Of a DNA stretch of 64,000 nucleotides, positions 10,840 to 20,089 are shown one piece after another. This stretch comes from an uncultured Thermoleophilia bacterium. Lineage in GTDB: Bacteria; Actinomycetota; Thermoleophilia; UBA2241. The notes under the pieces were generated by a model, which saw nothing but the letters and a program-made list of their open reading frames with translations, searched no databases and was not told the DNA's origin. Positions within the stretch are counted from its first letter, which is position 1. Every line of letters begins with the position of its first letter. The stretch lies in assembly GCA_963715985.1 (NCBI GenBank), contig CAVQSP010000013.1, positions 480,001 to 544,000 of the forward strand. The letters run 5' to 3'. The translations under genes were made by a program, and so were the position numbers.

Positions 10840-10984
10840 AGGCCGAGCACCTGGTGCACGTTCCCGGGGACGAGCGGCAGGGCGTCTGAGCCGTCGTGCG
10901 ACTCGTCGTCGCCGACGGACAGCCCGGGCACACGAGTGCCCGTCTGTCGAGACAGCAACGAGACCGAGGAGAAGAGAGGCAACC

Positions 10985-11920
10985 ATGGGGAAGAAGGTAT
11001 TCGTCGACCTCAGCCATCCGTTCGGTGCGGACATGCCGCTGTGGCCCTATTTCACCAAGCCGGTGATCGACACGATGCACGGCCTGGCCAAGTCCGGCGT
11101 CCTGAGCCAGAAGGTCACCGTCGTGCAGCACTGCGGCACGCATGCAGATGCGCCGCGCCACGTCATGGAACGCGACTTCGCCGGCAACCGCGCGAGATAC
11201 AGTCACGAACTGCCTGTGGATGCGTACGTCGGCGATGCGGTCTGCCTGGACATCAAGGTCGAGGACTGGGGCCTGATCAAGGGCGAGCACCTCGACGACG
11301 CCTGCGAGCGCGCGAACATCAAGCCCGAGGAGCTCAAGGGCATGGTGATCTGCCTGCGGACCGGCATGCACCTCAAGTACGACGACAGCAAGGACTACTA
11401 CCACTACTCGTGCGGCACCGGCCTGGACGCGGGCAACTGGTTCCAGAAGTACATGCCGAAGTGCGTCGCCATGGACATGCAGGCGCTGGACCACCCTCTG
11501 CACACGGCCATGGGCAAGAACGGCCCCACCCAGATGAACCTGCCCGGTAACTCGGGCCGGCCGATCACCGAGGAGTACATCGAGAAGTTCGGTCTCGAGG
11601 CGTATGCCGAATTCGAGCGGGACGTGTACATCGAGGTGTTCGGCATGGACAAGTACATGGAGGCCTACGGGCAGCTGGAGCGTGCGAATCAGCCGGGGAC
11701 CTGGGAGCCCTGCCACAAGCTCATGATGGGCAACGGCATCGTCGGCGTCGAGAACCTCGGCGGAGACCTCGACAAGGTCGTGGGCAAGCGCTTCCGCTTC
11801 TTCGCGTTCCCCCTCCGCTGGTGGCTGGGCGACGGCTCGATGGTCCGCTGCGCTGCGGAGATCGACGAGGACGACATGAACGACGTCCCCGACCGGACCT
11901 ACAAGTACGGCGTCATCTGA
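10985..11920 (+). CDS. Cyclase-family (kynurenine formamidase-like) metal hydrolase; candidate dihydrophloroglucinol cyclohydrolase
   Basis: FVDLSHP, HCGTHADAP (HxGTHxDxP), H...GIVGVENL, GDGSMVR. Confidence 0.88.
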   Translation: MGKKVFVDLSHPFGADMPLWPYFTKPVIDTMHGLAKSGVLSQKVTVVQHCGTHADAPRHVMERDFAGNRARYSHELPVDAYVGDAVCLDIKVEDWGLIKGEHLDDACERANIKPEELKGMVICLRTGMHLKYDDSKDYYHYSCGTGLDAGNWFQKYMPKCVAMDMQALDHPLHTAMGKNGPTQMNLPGNSGRPITEEYIEKFGLEAYAEFERDVYIEVFGMDKYMEAYGQLERANQPGTWEPCHKLMMGNGIVGVENLGGDLDKVVGKRFRFFAFPLRWWLGDGSMVRCAAEIDEDDMNDVPDRTYKYGVI

Positions 11921-11936
11921 GAGAAGGAGAGGGACC

Positions 11937-12287
11937 GTGGAAGTCACGCGCTACGACGAGGCCCCGAGCTACGAGGCTCCCGGGCATTTCGGTGTCTACG
12001 GCCTGCGCCTGCAGGGCTTCGAGGTCAGCAAGACCCGCAGTTTCTGGATGAGCATCTCTCACTTCCTGCCCGGTGGTGGCTGCGAGTACGTCGCCACGCC
12101 GATCGAGAAGGTGTACTTCGTGCTCGAGGGTGAGGTCACCGTCAAGACCGAGGAGGGCGAGGTCATCCTCAAGAAGTATGACTCCGTCTACCTGGCGCCC
12201 GATGAGGCTCGCTCCATCCTGAACCGCACCAACTCGCCGGCGACGATGCTCGTCGCCATCCCGTATCCGGAGCCTCGCGAGTTCTGA
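11937..12287 (+). CDS. Cupin-domain protein; candidate triacetate acetoacetate-lyase
   Basis: Y.APGH, SHFLPGGG, EKVYFVLEGE, E.RSILN cupin barrel; strong RBS. Confidence 0.82.
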   Translation: MEVTRYDEAPSYEAPGHFGVYGLRLQGFEVSKTRSFWMSISHFLPGGGCEYVATPIEKVYFVLEGEVTVKTEEGEVILKKYDSVYLAPDEARSILNRTNSPATMLVAIPYPEPREF

Positions 12288-12465
12288 TGACGCGCGCCGG
12301 GACCCCAGTCCTGGTCGGCTTCATGGCCGCGCAGCCCCGTGGGGCGTGCGCAGGCCGCGGCGGACGCGGGCGGCGGCACCACAGGTGCCGCCGCCCGCGC
12401 TTCCGCGGCGCCGGTCTGTCTCCCGCGACCGGCTGATCCACCCATCGACCTCTGAGGAGGCCACA

Positions 12466-13296
12466 ATGCCCAACCCGATCATCACCGCGGCACTCACCGG
12501 CCCGGTCGCGACCAAGGCCGACAACCCGGGGATGCCGGGCAGCGTGGCCGAGATCGCCGCGTCCGCCAAGGCGTGCTACGACGCCGGCGCGGCCGTCATC
12601 CACATCCACCTGCGCGACGACGACGGCACCATGACCGCCGACCTCGACGTGGCCAAGCGCACCGTCGCGGCGGTGCGCGAGGTGTGCCCCGGCATCACCC
12701 AGCTGTCCACAGGCGGGCTGCAGTTCACCTACGAGCAGCGCATGGCTCTCGTCGAGGCCAAGCCGGCGATGGCCACGCTCAACCCGTGCACCATGACGTT
12801 CGGCGCGGCCGAGTTCAAGAACCCGCCCAAACAGATGATGGAGCTCGCCGCGCGCATGATCGAGCTCGGCGTCAAGCCCGAGGTCGAGATCTACGACACG
12901 GGGCATCTCGACATGATGCTCTACCTTGTGCACAAGGGACTGCTCGTCGAGCCGCTGCAGGTCTCCTTCGTCATGGGCGTCCGCGGCGGCATGCGCGGCG
13001 ATCCCCAGCTGCTCTCCTGGCTCGTCCGCGAGCTGCCTGCGGGCACAAGCTGGCAGGTGATCGCGGTCGCCAAAGCCAACCTGCCCATGACCACCATCGG
13101 TCTGGCCATGGGCGGCAACGCCCGCACGGGCATGGAGGACACCCTCACGCTGAGCAAGGACGTGCCGGCCGAGTCCAACCTGCAGCTCGTCGAGCGTCTG
13201 GTGGGCATCGCGCACTCGATGCAGCTGCGGCCGGCCACCGTGCCGGAGGTCGTGGAGCGCCTCAAGCTCCACCCCGACCTCGTGCACGGAGGCTGA
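12466..13296 (+). CDS. Beta-keto acid cleavage enzyme (BKACE / DUF849 / Kce family)
   Basis: IITAALTG, AGAAVIHIHLRD, QLSTGG, KPEVEIYD, GGNARTGMEDT. Confidence 0.93.
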   Translation: MPNPIITAALTGPVATKADNPGMPGSVAEIAASAKACYDAGAAVIHIHLRDDDGTMTADLDVAKRTVAAVREVCPGITQLSTGGLQFTYEQRMALVEAKPAMATLNPCTMTFGAAEFKNPPKQMMELAARMIELGVKPEVEIYDTGHLDMMLYLVHKGLLVEPLQVSFVMGVRGGMRGDPQLLSWLVRELPAGTSWQVIAVAKANLPMTTIGLAMGGNARTGMEDTLTLSKDVPAESNLQLVERLVGIAHSMQLRPATVPEVVERLKLHPDLVHGG

Positions 13297-13367
13297 GACC
13301 GGCCGGCGCGTATTCCGGCAGGCGGGACGCGGAATCCCGCCTCTTCCGCCTGCCGGAACGATCGTGC

Positions 13368-13430
13368 TTGACACCGTACGGGGCGGCTATATGATGCCCG
13401 TATCGTGGGAGACCCGTCCGTATGGCGGAT
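13368..13430 (+). promoter_or_regulatory. Sigma70 promoter followed by a tandem candidate IclR operator pair
   Basis: TTGACA(13368)-16 nt-TATGAT(13390); GCCCGTATCGTGGGA at 13396-13410 and GTCCGTATGGCGGAT at 13416-13430. Confidence 0.7.
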
Positions 13431-13613
13431 GTGGCGAGGGCCCTCAGGCCCTCATGTGAAGAGGAACACAACGTCCGGTCGCGCTCGGCGGCGGACAGCG
13501 GCACAGAGTCGGGCGCAACAGGCGTCAAGACGGACCCAAGGGGGGGTCCACGCGCGTCTCAGGCTCGCAGCGCGGGCTGTACGACGTCGCGGGACCGCGA
13601 CAAGGAGGGCGGC

Positions 13614-15035
13614 ATGAGCTCTGACGAACGCACACCAAACCAGGTCGGCGCGGCCGACGAAGCCGGGTTCGGCCGCAAGGCCGTTACGCGGCGCGACTTC
13701 CTCAAGACCGCCGGTGTGGCCGGCGCGGCGCTGGGCATCGCCGGCGGCGCCGGCAGCGTGCTGGCCGCCTGCGGCACCACCTCCAGCGAGGGCAGCGGCG
13801 GCGGCAGCAGCAGCGGCGCCGAGGGCCGCACCATCAAGGTGGGCTTCGTCGCCCCCCTCACCGGCCAGCTGGCCGCGTTCGGCGAGACCGACCAGTGGCT
13901 CGTGGAGCAGTGGATGACCGCCGTCAAGGACGGCGTGCAGTGCGGCGACGGCCAGGTCCACCCGATCGAGATCATCATCAAGGACTCGCAGTCCGACTCG
14001 AACCGTGCGGCCACGGTGGCCGGCGACCTCGTCACCAACGACGGCGTCGACGTCATGATGGTCGCCTCCACCCCCGACACGGTGAACCCGGTCGCCGACC
14101 AGGCCGAGGCTCTGTCCGTGCCGTGCGTGTCCAACGACTGCCCGTGGCAGCCGTACTACTTCGGCCGCGGCGCCACGCCCGACAAGCCTTTCACGTGGAC
14201 CTACCACGCCTTCTGGGGTCTCGAGGACGTCACTGCCGTGTTCACCGGCATGTGGGACCAGCTGACGACGAACAAGAAGATCGGCGCGATGTGGCCGAAC
14301 GACGCCGACGGCCTCGGCTGGGCCGACCCCAAGACGGGCCAGCCGCCGATGCTCAAGGCGGCCGGCTACACGGTCGTGGACGGCGGCCGCTTCCAGGACG
14401 GCACCGAGGACTACACGCCGCAGATCAGCAAGTTCAAGGCGGCCGGTTGCGACATCCTCAGCGGCGTGTTCATCCCGCCGGACTTCGTCAACTTCTGGAA
14501 GCAGTCGTACCAGCAGGGCTTCCAGCCCGTGGCCGCCACGGTCGGCAAAGCGCTGCTCTTCCCGGCCGAGATGGAGGCCATCGGCGACATCGGCTACGGG
14601 CTCACCACCGAGTGCTGGTGGTCGCCGTGGCACCCGTTCAAGTCGTCGCTCACCGGCCAGACCTGCCAGGAGCTTTCCGACGCCTGGGTCTCGAGCACCG
14701 GCAAGGAATGGAACCAGACGTTGCTGCACTACGCCGTCTTCGAGGTCGTCGTCGACTCCCTCAAGCGCGCCACCAGCGTCGACGACAAGCAGGTCATCCT
14801 GGACGCCATCAAGGCCACCGACATGAACACGATCCAGGGTCACATCACCTGGTCGGCCGGCGCCCCGCTGAACCCTGTCCCCAACGTCTGCCGCACCGTG
14901 CTGGTGGGCGGCATGTGGACCAAGGGCACCGACTACCCGTTCGATCTGCTCCTCGTCGACACGGCTCACGCCGCGGCGGAGCCGTTCAACGTGACCATCC
15001 CCACCAACGGCAAGCTCGTTCCTATCAGCTACTGA
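13614..15035 (+). CDS. ABC transporter substrate-binding protein, Tat lipoprotein (copy 2, paralogue of 1508..2881)
   Basis: TRRDFLK, LAAC; blocks shared with copy 1 include CGDGQVHPI, NDCPWQ, ECWWSP and LNPVPNVC. Confidence 0.92.
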   Translation: MSSDERTPNQVGAADEAGFGRKAVTRRDFLKTAGVAGAALGIAGGAGSVLAACGTTSSEGSGGGSSSGAEGRTIKVGFVAPLTGQLAAFGETDQWLVEQWMTAVKDGVQCGDGQVHPIEIIIKDSQSDSNRAATVAGDLVTNDGVDVMMVASTPDTVNPVADQAEALSVPCVSNDCPWQPYYFGRGATPDKPFTWTYHAFWGLEDVTAVFTGMWDQLTTNKKIGAMWPNDADGLGWADPKTGQPPMLKAAGYTVVDGGRFQDGTEDYTPQISKFKAAGCDILSGVFIPPDFVNFWKQSYQQGFQPVAATVGKALLFPAEMEAIGDIGYGLTTECWWSPWHPFKSSLTGQTCQELSDAWVSSTGKEWNQTLLHYAVFEVVVDSLKRATSVDDKQVILDAIKATDMNTIQGHITWSAGAPLNPVPNVCRTVLVGGMWTKGTDYPFDLLLVDTAHAAAEPFNVTIPTNGKLVPISY

Positions 15036-15120
15036 GTCGTCCTGTCCCCGACCCCTGATGCCCGGCAAGTGCGGCCCGTGCACACGAGGAGGTAGAAGTG
15101 ATGCAGGGCGGTGAGACCCC

Positions 15121-15846
15121 GTGACTGCGGTCCTGGAGATCGCCGGTCTCAACAAGTCCTTCGGCGGCGTCAAGGTCATCGACGACCTGAGCATGACGCT
15201 GCACGAGGGTGAGGCACTGGGCATCGTCGGGCCGAACGGCGCCGGCAAGACCACGATGTTCAATCTGATCACCGGCGTGTATCGGCCCGACGAGGGCCGG
15301 GTCCTGTACAAGGGCAAAGACATCACGCACCACTCGCGGCACGCGCGCTGCCGCGAGGGCATCGGCCGCACGTTCCAGATCCCCAAGCCGTTCGGCGACA
15401 TGAGCGTGTTCGAGAACGTGCTCGTGTGCGCCGCCTACGGGCGCGGCATGAGCGAGCGTTCGAGCTACCAGCGCTGCGTGGAGACGCTGGAGCTCACCGG
15501 GCTGGCGCCGAAGGCCAACAAGCAGGCCGGGGCGCTGCCGCTGCTCGACCGCAAGCGGCTCGAGATGGCCCGCGCGCTCGCCGGCGACCCTACGGTCCTT
15601 CTCCTGGACGAGATCGCCGGCGGCCTCACCGAGGCCGAGGTCGAGGACCTCATCGTGACGGTCAAGGACCTCCACAACGAAGGCATCTCCATCATCTGGA
15701 TCGAGCACATCGTGCACGCGCTCCTGGCCGTGGTGCAGCGCATCGTCGCCATCAGCTTCGGCCACAACCTGATCGAAGGCGACCCCGAAGAGGTCATGTG
15801 CAGCGACGAGGTGCAGGCCTGTTACATGGGGGGGACGCCGATATGA
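15121..15846 (+). CDS. Liv-type ABC transporter ATP-binding protein (LivG-like)
   Basis: GPNGAGKTT, LLLDE, IEH; the true start may be ATG 15101 if the C-run there has an indel. Confidence 0.93.
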   Translation: MTAVLEIAGLNKSFGGVKVIDDLSMTLHEGEALGIVGPNGAGKTTMFNLITGVYRPDEGRVLYKGKDITHHSRHARCREGIGRTFQIPKPFGDMSVFENVLVCAAYGRGMSERSSYQRCVETLELTGLAPKANKQAGALPLLDRKRLEMARALAGDPTVLLLDEIAGGLTEAEVEDLIVTVKDLHNEGISIIWIEHIVHALLAVVQRIVAISFGHNLIEGDPEEVMCSDEVQACYMGGTPI

Positions 15847-16541
15847 GTGTGCTGGAGCTCCAGGACGTCGACGTCTTCTACGGCGACTTCCAGGCCCTGT
15901 TCAAGGTGTCCTTCACGGTCGAGCAGGGCCAGACCTTCGCCTGCATCGGCGCCAACGGCGGCGGCAAGTCGACGATGCTCCGCACCGTGGCCGGCGCGCT
16001 GCGCCCGAAGTCGGGTCACGTGCTGTTCCGCGGCGAAGCGGTCGACAACGTCCCCGCGCACGATCGCGTCAAGATGGGCATCGCCCTCGTTCCCGAAGGG
16101 CGCCGCGTGTTTCCCAGTCTGAGCGTGTTCGAGAACCTGCAGATCGGCGGGTACGGCGGGCGCAAGGGCGACTGGAACATGGAGTCCGTGCTCGAGCTCT
16201 TCCCGCTGCTCAAGCCGCTCATCAAGCGGCAGGCGTCGAGCCTCTCCGGCGGTGAGCAGCAGGCCCTGGCCATCGGCCGGGCGCTGATGTCCAACCCCGA
16301 GCTGCTGCTGCTCGACGAGGTGTCCCTGGGTCTCGCGCCGGTGGTCATCAAGCGCATCTACGAAGCCATGGTGCACCTTGTGGGCACCGGCACGACCATC
16401 GTGGTGGTCGAGCAGGATGTGCAGCACGTGCTCACCGTGGCGGACCACGTCGCGTGCTTCCTCGAAGGCCGCATCAGCCTCGAGGGCAAGCCGAGCGAGC
16501 TGACCTCGGAAGCTATCACTGCAGCCTACTTCGGGATGTGA
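15843..16541 (+). CDS. Liv-type ABC transporter ATP-binding protein (LivF-like)
   Basis: GANGGGKST, VPEGRRVF, LSGGEQQ, LLLDEVSLGLAP, VEQ; ATGA overlap with the previous gene. Confidence 0.93.
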   Translation: MSVLELQDVDVFYGDFQALFKVSFTVEQGQTFACIGANGGGKSTMLRTVAGALRPKSGHVLFRGEAVDNVPAHDRVKMGIALVPEGRRVFPSLSVFENLQIGGYGGRKGDWNMESVLELFPLLKPLIKRQASSLSGGEQQALAIGRALMSNPELLLLDEVSLGLAPVVIKRIYEAMVHLVGTGTTIVVVEQDVQHVLTVADHVACFLEGRISLEGKPSELTSEAITAAYFGM

Positions 16542-16545
16542 GGTC

Positions 16546-17418
16546 ATGGTCTGGGTCAACGTAACTCTTCAGGGCATTCTCCTGGGCGGGCTGTACGCGC
16601 TGTTCGCGACCGGCCTCGCGCTGGTGTTCGGCGTCATGCGCACGGTGAACCTGGCGCACGGCGACCTCGGCATCCTGGCCGCGTACATCTGTCTCTTCAT
16701 CGTGCAGTCGTTCAGCATCGGTGTGCTGTGGTCCGGCATCGTGACGATCGTGATCATGTTCGTCGTCGGCTATCTGCTCCAGCGAGGGCTCCTCAACTCC
16801 GTCCTGGGCAGCGACGACACCCGCCCCATCGTGGTCACCTTCGGCCTCTCGATCATCATCCAGAACGGCCTGATCATGTGGTGGTCGGCCGACTCGCAGG
16901 GCCTGGACGCGGGTGCCATCGAGAACGCCAGCATCACCATCACCAAGCAGCTGGCCATCGGCTGGTTCCCCCTGCTGGTGTTCCTGCTCTCCATCGTCGT
17001 GATCGCGCTGCTGCAGCTCTTCCTCAACCGCACGCGCATGGGGCGCGCCTTTCGCGCCACCTCCGACGACCGTGAGGCGGCCGAGCTCATGGGCATCAAC
17101 AACCGGCACATCTACGGGCTCGCCATGGCCATCGCCCTCGGCATCGTGGCGATCGCCGGCATCATGCTGGCGGTGCGCAGCACGTTTGACCCCTCACAGG
17201 GCTCCTTCCGCCTGATCTTCGCGTTTGAGGCCGTGATCATGGGCGGCATGGGGTCCATCTGGGGCACGCTCCTCGGAGGTGTGGTCCTCGGCATGTCCCA
17301 GACCATCGGCGCGCAGGCGTTCGGCGCCGGGTGGGGTCTGCTGGTCGGCCACCTCGTGTTCCTCACCGTGCTGGCCGTGAGGCCCAGCGGCTTCTTCGCG
17401 AAGACGGTGACCGCATGA
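16546..17418 (+). CDS. Liv-type ABC permease (LivH-like)
   Basis: GGLYALFATGLALVFGVM..VNLAHG, GRAFRA, GGMGSI. Confidence 0.93.
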   Translation: MVWVNVTLQGILLGGLYALFATGLALVFGVMRTVNLAHGDLGILAAYICLFIVQSFSIGVLWSGIVTIVIMFVVGYLLQRGLLNSVLGSDDTRPIVVTFGLSIIIQNGLIMWWSADSQGLDAGAIENASITITKQLAIGWFPLLVFLLSIVVIALLQLFLNRTRMGRAFRATSDDREAAELMGINNRHIYGLAMAIALGIVAIAGIMLAVRSTFDPSQGSFRLIFAFEAVIMGGMGSIWGTLLGGVVLGMSQTIGAQAFGAGWGLLVGHLVFLTVLAVRPSGFFAKTVTA

Positions 17419-18548
17419 ATAGCCAGCGTAGACAGGCTATCGAGCGGGGCACCGGAGGCCCACCGCTCCGCGCCCAGGAGCAGCCGTTGGTCGTGCCCGA
17501 GTTCCGCGTCGCGCGCTCCCAGCGCATGCACCGCTGGGTGCTCATCATCTCCATCGCGCTTGTGGTCGGTCTGGCCAGCGTGCCCTTCTGGTCCACGGTG
17601 GCCGTGTGTCGCACGATGGTGACGCTCTTCACCCTCATGGCCCTGGCCCAGATGTGGAACCTGCTCGGCGGCTACGCCGGGCTCATCTCCGTGGGCCAGC
17701 AGGCCTACATCGGGCTCGGCGCCTACGGTGTGTGGCTCATGGGCGACGTGATCGGCCTCAACCCGTTCGTGGCCGTGTTCCTGGCCGGCGGGCTCGCCGT
17801 GCTCATCGCGCTGCCGGTCGCCCCGCTGATCTTCCGCCTGCGCGGTGGCTACTTCGCCATCGGCACGTGGGTCGTGGCCGAGGTGGTGCGGCTCGTCGTG
17901 GCCAATATCCAGGCCACGGGCGGCGGCTCCGGCAAGACGGTCATCTCCGTAGCGAAGCTGCCCATCACCACACGCATCCCCGGCACGTACTGGCTGGCCC
18001 TGGTCGTGGCGGTCGGCTCGATCCTGCTCGTCTACCTCCTGCTGCGCTCGCGCAACGGCCTGGCTCTCACCGCCATCCGTGACAACGACCTGGCGGCGCA
18101 GAGCTCGGGCGTCAACGTGTTCCGCACCAAGCTCTACGTCTACCTGCTCGCGGCGTTCGGCTGCGGCGTCGTGGGGGCCGTTGTCGCCATGAACCTGCTG
18201 CGCATCCAGCCCGCGGCGGCCTTCAGCATCAACTGGACGGCGTACGCGATCTTCATCGTGGTGATCGGGGGCTTTGGCACCATCGAAGGCCCCATCATCG
18301 GATCGGTCATCTACTTCGCGCTGCTGCAGACCCTGAGCCAGTACGGCACCACCTACATGCTGCTGCTCGGCGTCATCGCCGTGATCGTGGTGGCCAGGGC
18401 CCCGCGCGGCATCTGGGGCTTCGTGGTGAAGCGCTGGGACATCCACCTCTTCCCGGTGAGACGTAGCCTGGTGCTGCTGGACCTGCCACCGGAAGCGACA
18501 CCCAAGGCTCCGGCCGGCCAGACCGGCCCTGCCCCCGAAGCGGGCTGA
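17415..18548 (+). CDS. Liv-type ABC permease (LivM-like)
   Basis: WNLLGGYAGLISVGQ, RLRGGYFAIGT, AIRDN..AA, GGFGTIEGP. Confidence 0.93.
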   Translation: MNSQRRQAIERGTGGPPLRAQEQPLVVPEFRVARSQRMHRWVLIISIALVVGLASVPFWSTVAVCRTMVTLFTLMALAQMWNLLGGYAGLISVGQQAYIGLGAYGVWLMGDVIGLNPFVAVFLAGGLAVLIALPVAPLIFRLRGGYFAIGTWVVAEVVRLVVANIQATGGGSGKTVISVAKLPITTRIPGTYWLALVVAVGSILLVYLLLRSRNGLALTAIRDNDLAAQSSGVNVFRTKLYVYLLAAFGCGVVGAVVAMNLLRIQPAAAFSINWTAYAIFIVVIGGFGTIEGPIIGSVIYFALLQTLSQYGTTYMLLLGVIAVIVVARAPRGIWGFVVKRWDIHLFPVRRSLVLLDLPPEATPKAPAGQTGPAPEAG

Positions 18549-18699
18549 GAGGGAAGCGTGACGTGAGGGCGCCGGCGCCAGGCCCCCGGGGCTGTACTCC
18601 GGCGCCCTCACCCGTTCGATAAGACGAGAACCACGAGGTGCACTACCGGCGCCGGTCGTAGGGGGCGCACGGGGACGGCACCCGCGTGACGGAGGTCGT

Positions 18700-19479
18700 G
18701 TGAGCGAGTCACAGGAAGAAGCGCAACAGACGCGCAACGGAGTGCAGGTACTGGGCCGGGCGGCCCTCATCCTGCGGCTGCTGGCCGCCGACTCCTCGGG
18801 CGGGCTCACGTTCAGCGAGCTCGTCACCAGGGCCGGCCTGCCGCGCACCACGGTGCACCGCATCCGCTACGCTCTCGAACACGAAGGCTTCGTCTGCACC
18901 GACGAGGTCACCGGCAGGCTGCGCCTGGGTCCCGGCCTGCTGCAGCTGGCCGTGGCCAGTCGCAGGGACCTGCCCAGTGTGGTGCGGCCGTACCTCGAGC
19001 GGCTCTCCACGGAGCTCAACGAGACGGTCGACCTTGCCGTGCTGGACGGCATGCACGTGCTCTTCATCGCCCAGACTCCGGCTCCGCAGCGCTCCCTCAT
19101 GGTCGTCTCGCGGGTCGGAGCGCGGTTCCCCGCCTTCTGCACCGCCAACGGCAAGGCCCTGCTCGCCAAGCTGCCTCCCGACGACCTCAAACAGCGCCTC
19201 CCGCGCCGCCTCGAGACGTCCTCGCTGCACCTGCCCGTCTCTCGCGAAGCGCTCCTGCGAGAGCTCGCCGAGATCCGCAAGACCGGCGTAGGCTACGACC
19301 GTGAAGAGCATCACGCCGGCATCTGCGGCATCGGCGTGGTGATCACCGACATCGACGGCAGCATGGCCTCGATCGCCGTCCCCATGCCGACCGCCAGGTT
19401 CTACGAGGACGCCGACATCGTCGCAAACGCGCTCTTGCGCGTGCGCGACGAGATCGAGGTGGCCCTGCAGAGTGCCTGA
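18700..19479 (+). CDS. IclR-family transcriptional regulator (copy 4)
   Basis: GVQVLGRA, GLPRTTVHRI, GARFPAFCTANGKALLA. Confidence 0.93.
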   Translation: MSESQEEAQQTRNGVQVLGRAALILRLLAADSSGGLTFSELVTRAGLPRTTVHRIRYALEHEGFVCTDEVTGRLRLGPGLLQLAVASRRDLPSVVRPYLERLSTELNETVDLAVLDGMHVLFIAQTPAPQRSLMVVSRVGARFPAFCTANGKALLAKLPPDDLKQRLPRRLETSSLHLPVSREALLRELAEIRKTGVGYDREEHHAGICGIGVVITDIDGSMASIAVPMPTARFYEDADIVANALLRVRDEIEVALQSA

Positions 19480-20089
19480 GCGGGCCGTTCCGACCGGGAG
19501 GTCAGCGACAGTGTCAGGGCACCTCGAAGGATGTTCGATCGTGGCCGTGGTGGGCAGCCCGCGGCCGCGCGGAAACACATCGCTGCTGGTCGACGCGGCG
19601 CTCGAGGAGCTGGAGGCGCGCGGCGCCGGCGTGCGCAAGCTCCTCCTCGCCGACTACGCCATCGCGCCCTGCCTCGGCCATGAGGGCTGCGCCGAGTTCA
19701 CGTCCTGTCCGCACGGCGACGACGCCGACGAGGTGCTCGATGCCGTGTATGCGGCGGACGGGCTGATCCTCGCCTCGCCCGTCTACTACGAGAACGTCAC
19801 CGCGCAGATGAAGGCGTTCATGGACCGCAACGTCTACCGCTACAACCGCGACGAGTGGCTGAGCGCTCGCGCCGTGGGCCTGCTCGCGGTGACCGGCGAG
19901 ACCGGGCTGGACGACGCCATCGCCGCCATGCGCCGCTACGTCGCGCTCTCCACCACGCGGGAGGTGCCGACGGTCAGTGCGGGCGTGATCGCGGACGGAC
20001 TGGGCGTGGTCGCCGGGCAGCCCGAGTCCCTTGCGGCGGCGCGCGAGCTGGGCGCCGGCGTGGCGGAGCTGCTCGCCGGCGCCACCTGA
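19472..20089 (+). CDS. Flavodoxin-fold NAD(P)H-dependent FMN reductase / iron-sulfur flavoprotein
   Basis: GSPRPRGNT, CLGHEGC...CPHGDD, ADGLILASPVY, MKAFMDR; start may be 19511. Confidence 0.85.
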   Translation: MPERAVPTGRSATVSGHLEGCSIVAVVGSPRPRGNTSLLVDAALEELEARGAGVRKLLLADYAIAPCLGHEGCAEFTSCPHGDDADEVLDAVYAADGLILASPVYYENVTAQMKAFMDRNVYRYNRDEWLSARAVGLLAVTGETGLDDAIAAMRRYVALSTTREVPTVSAGVIADGLGVVAGQPESLAAARELGAGVAELLAGAT

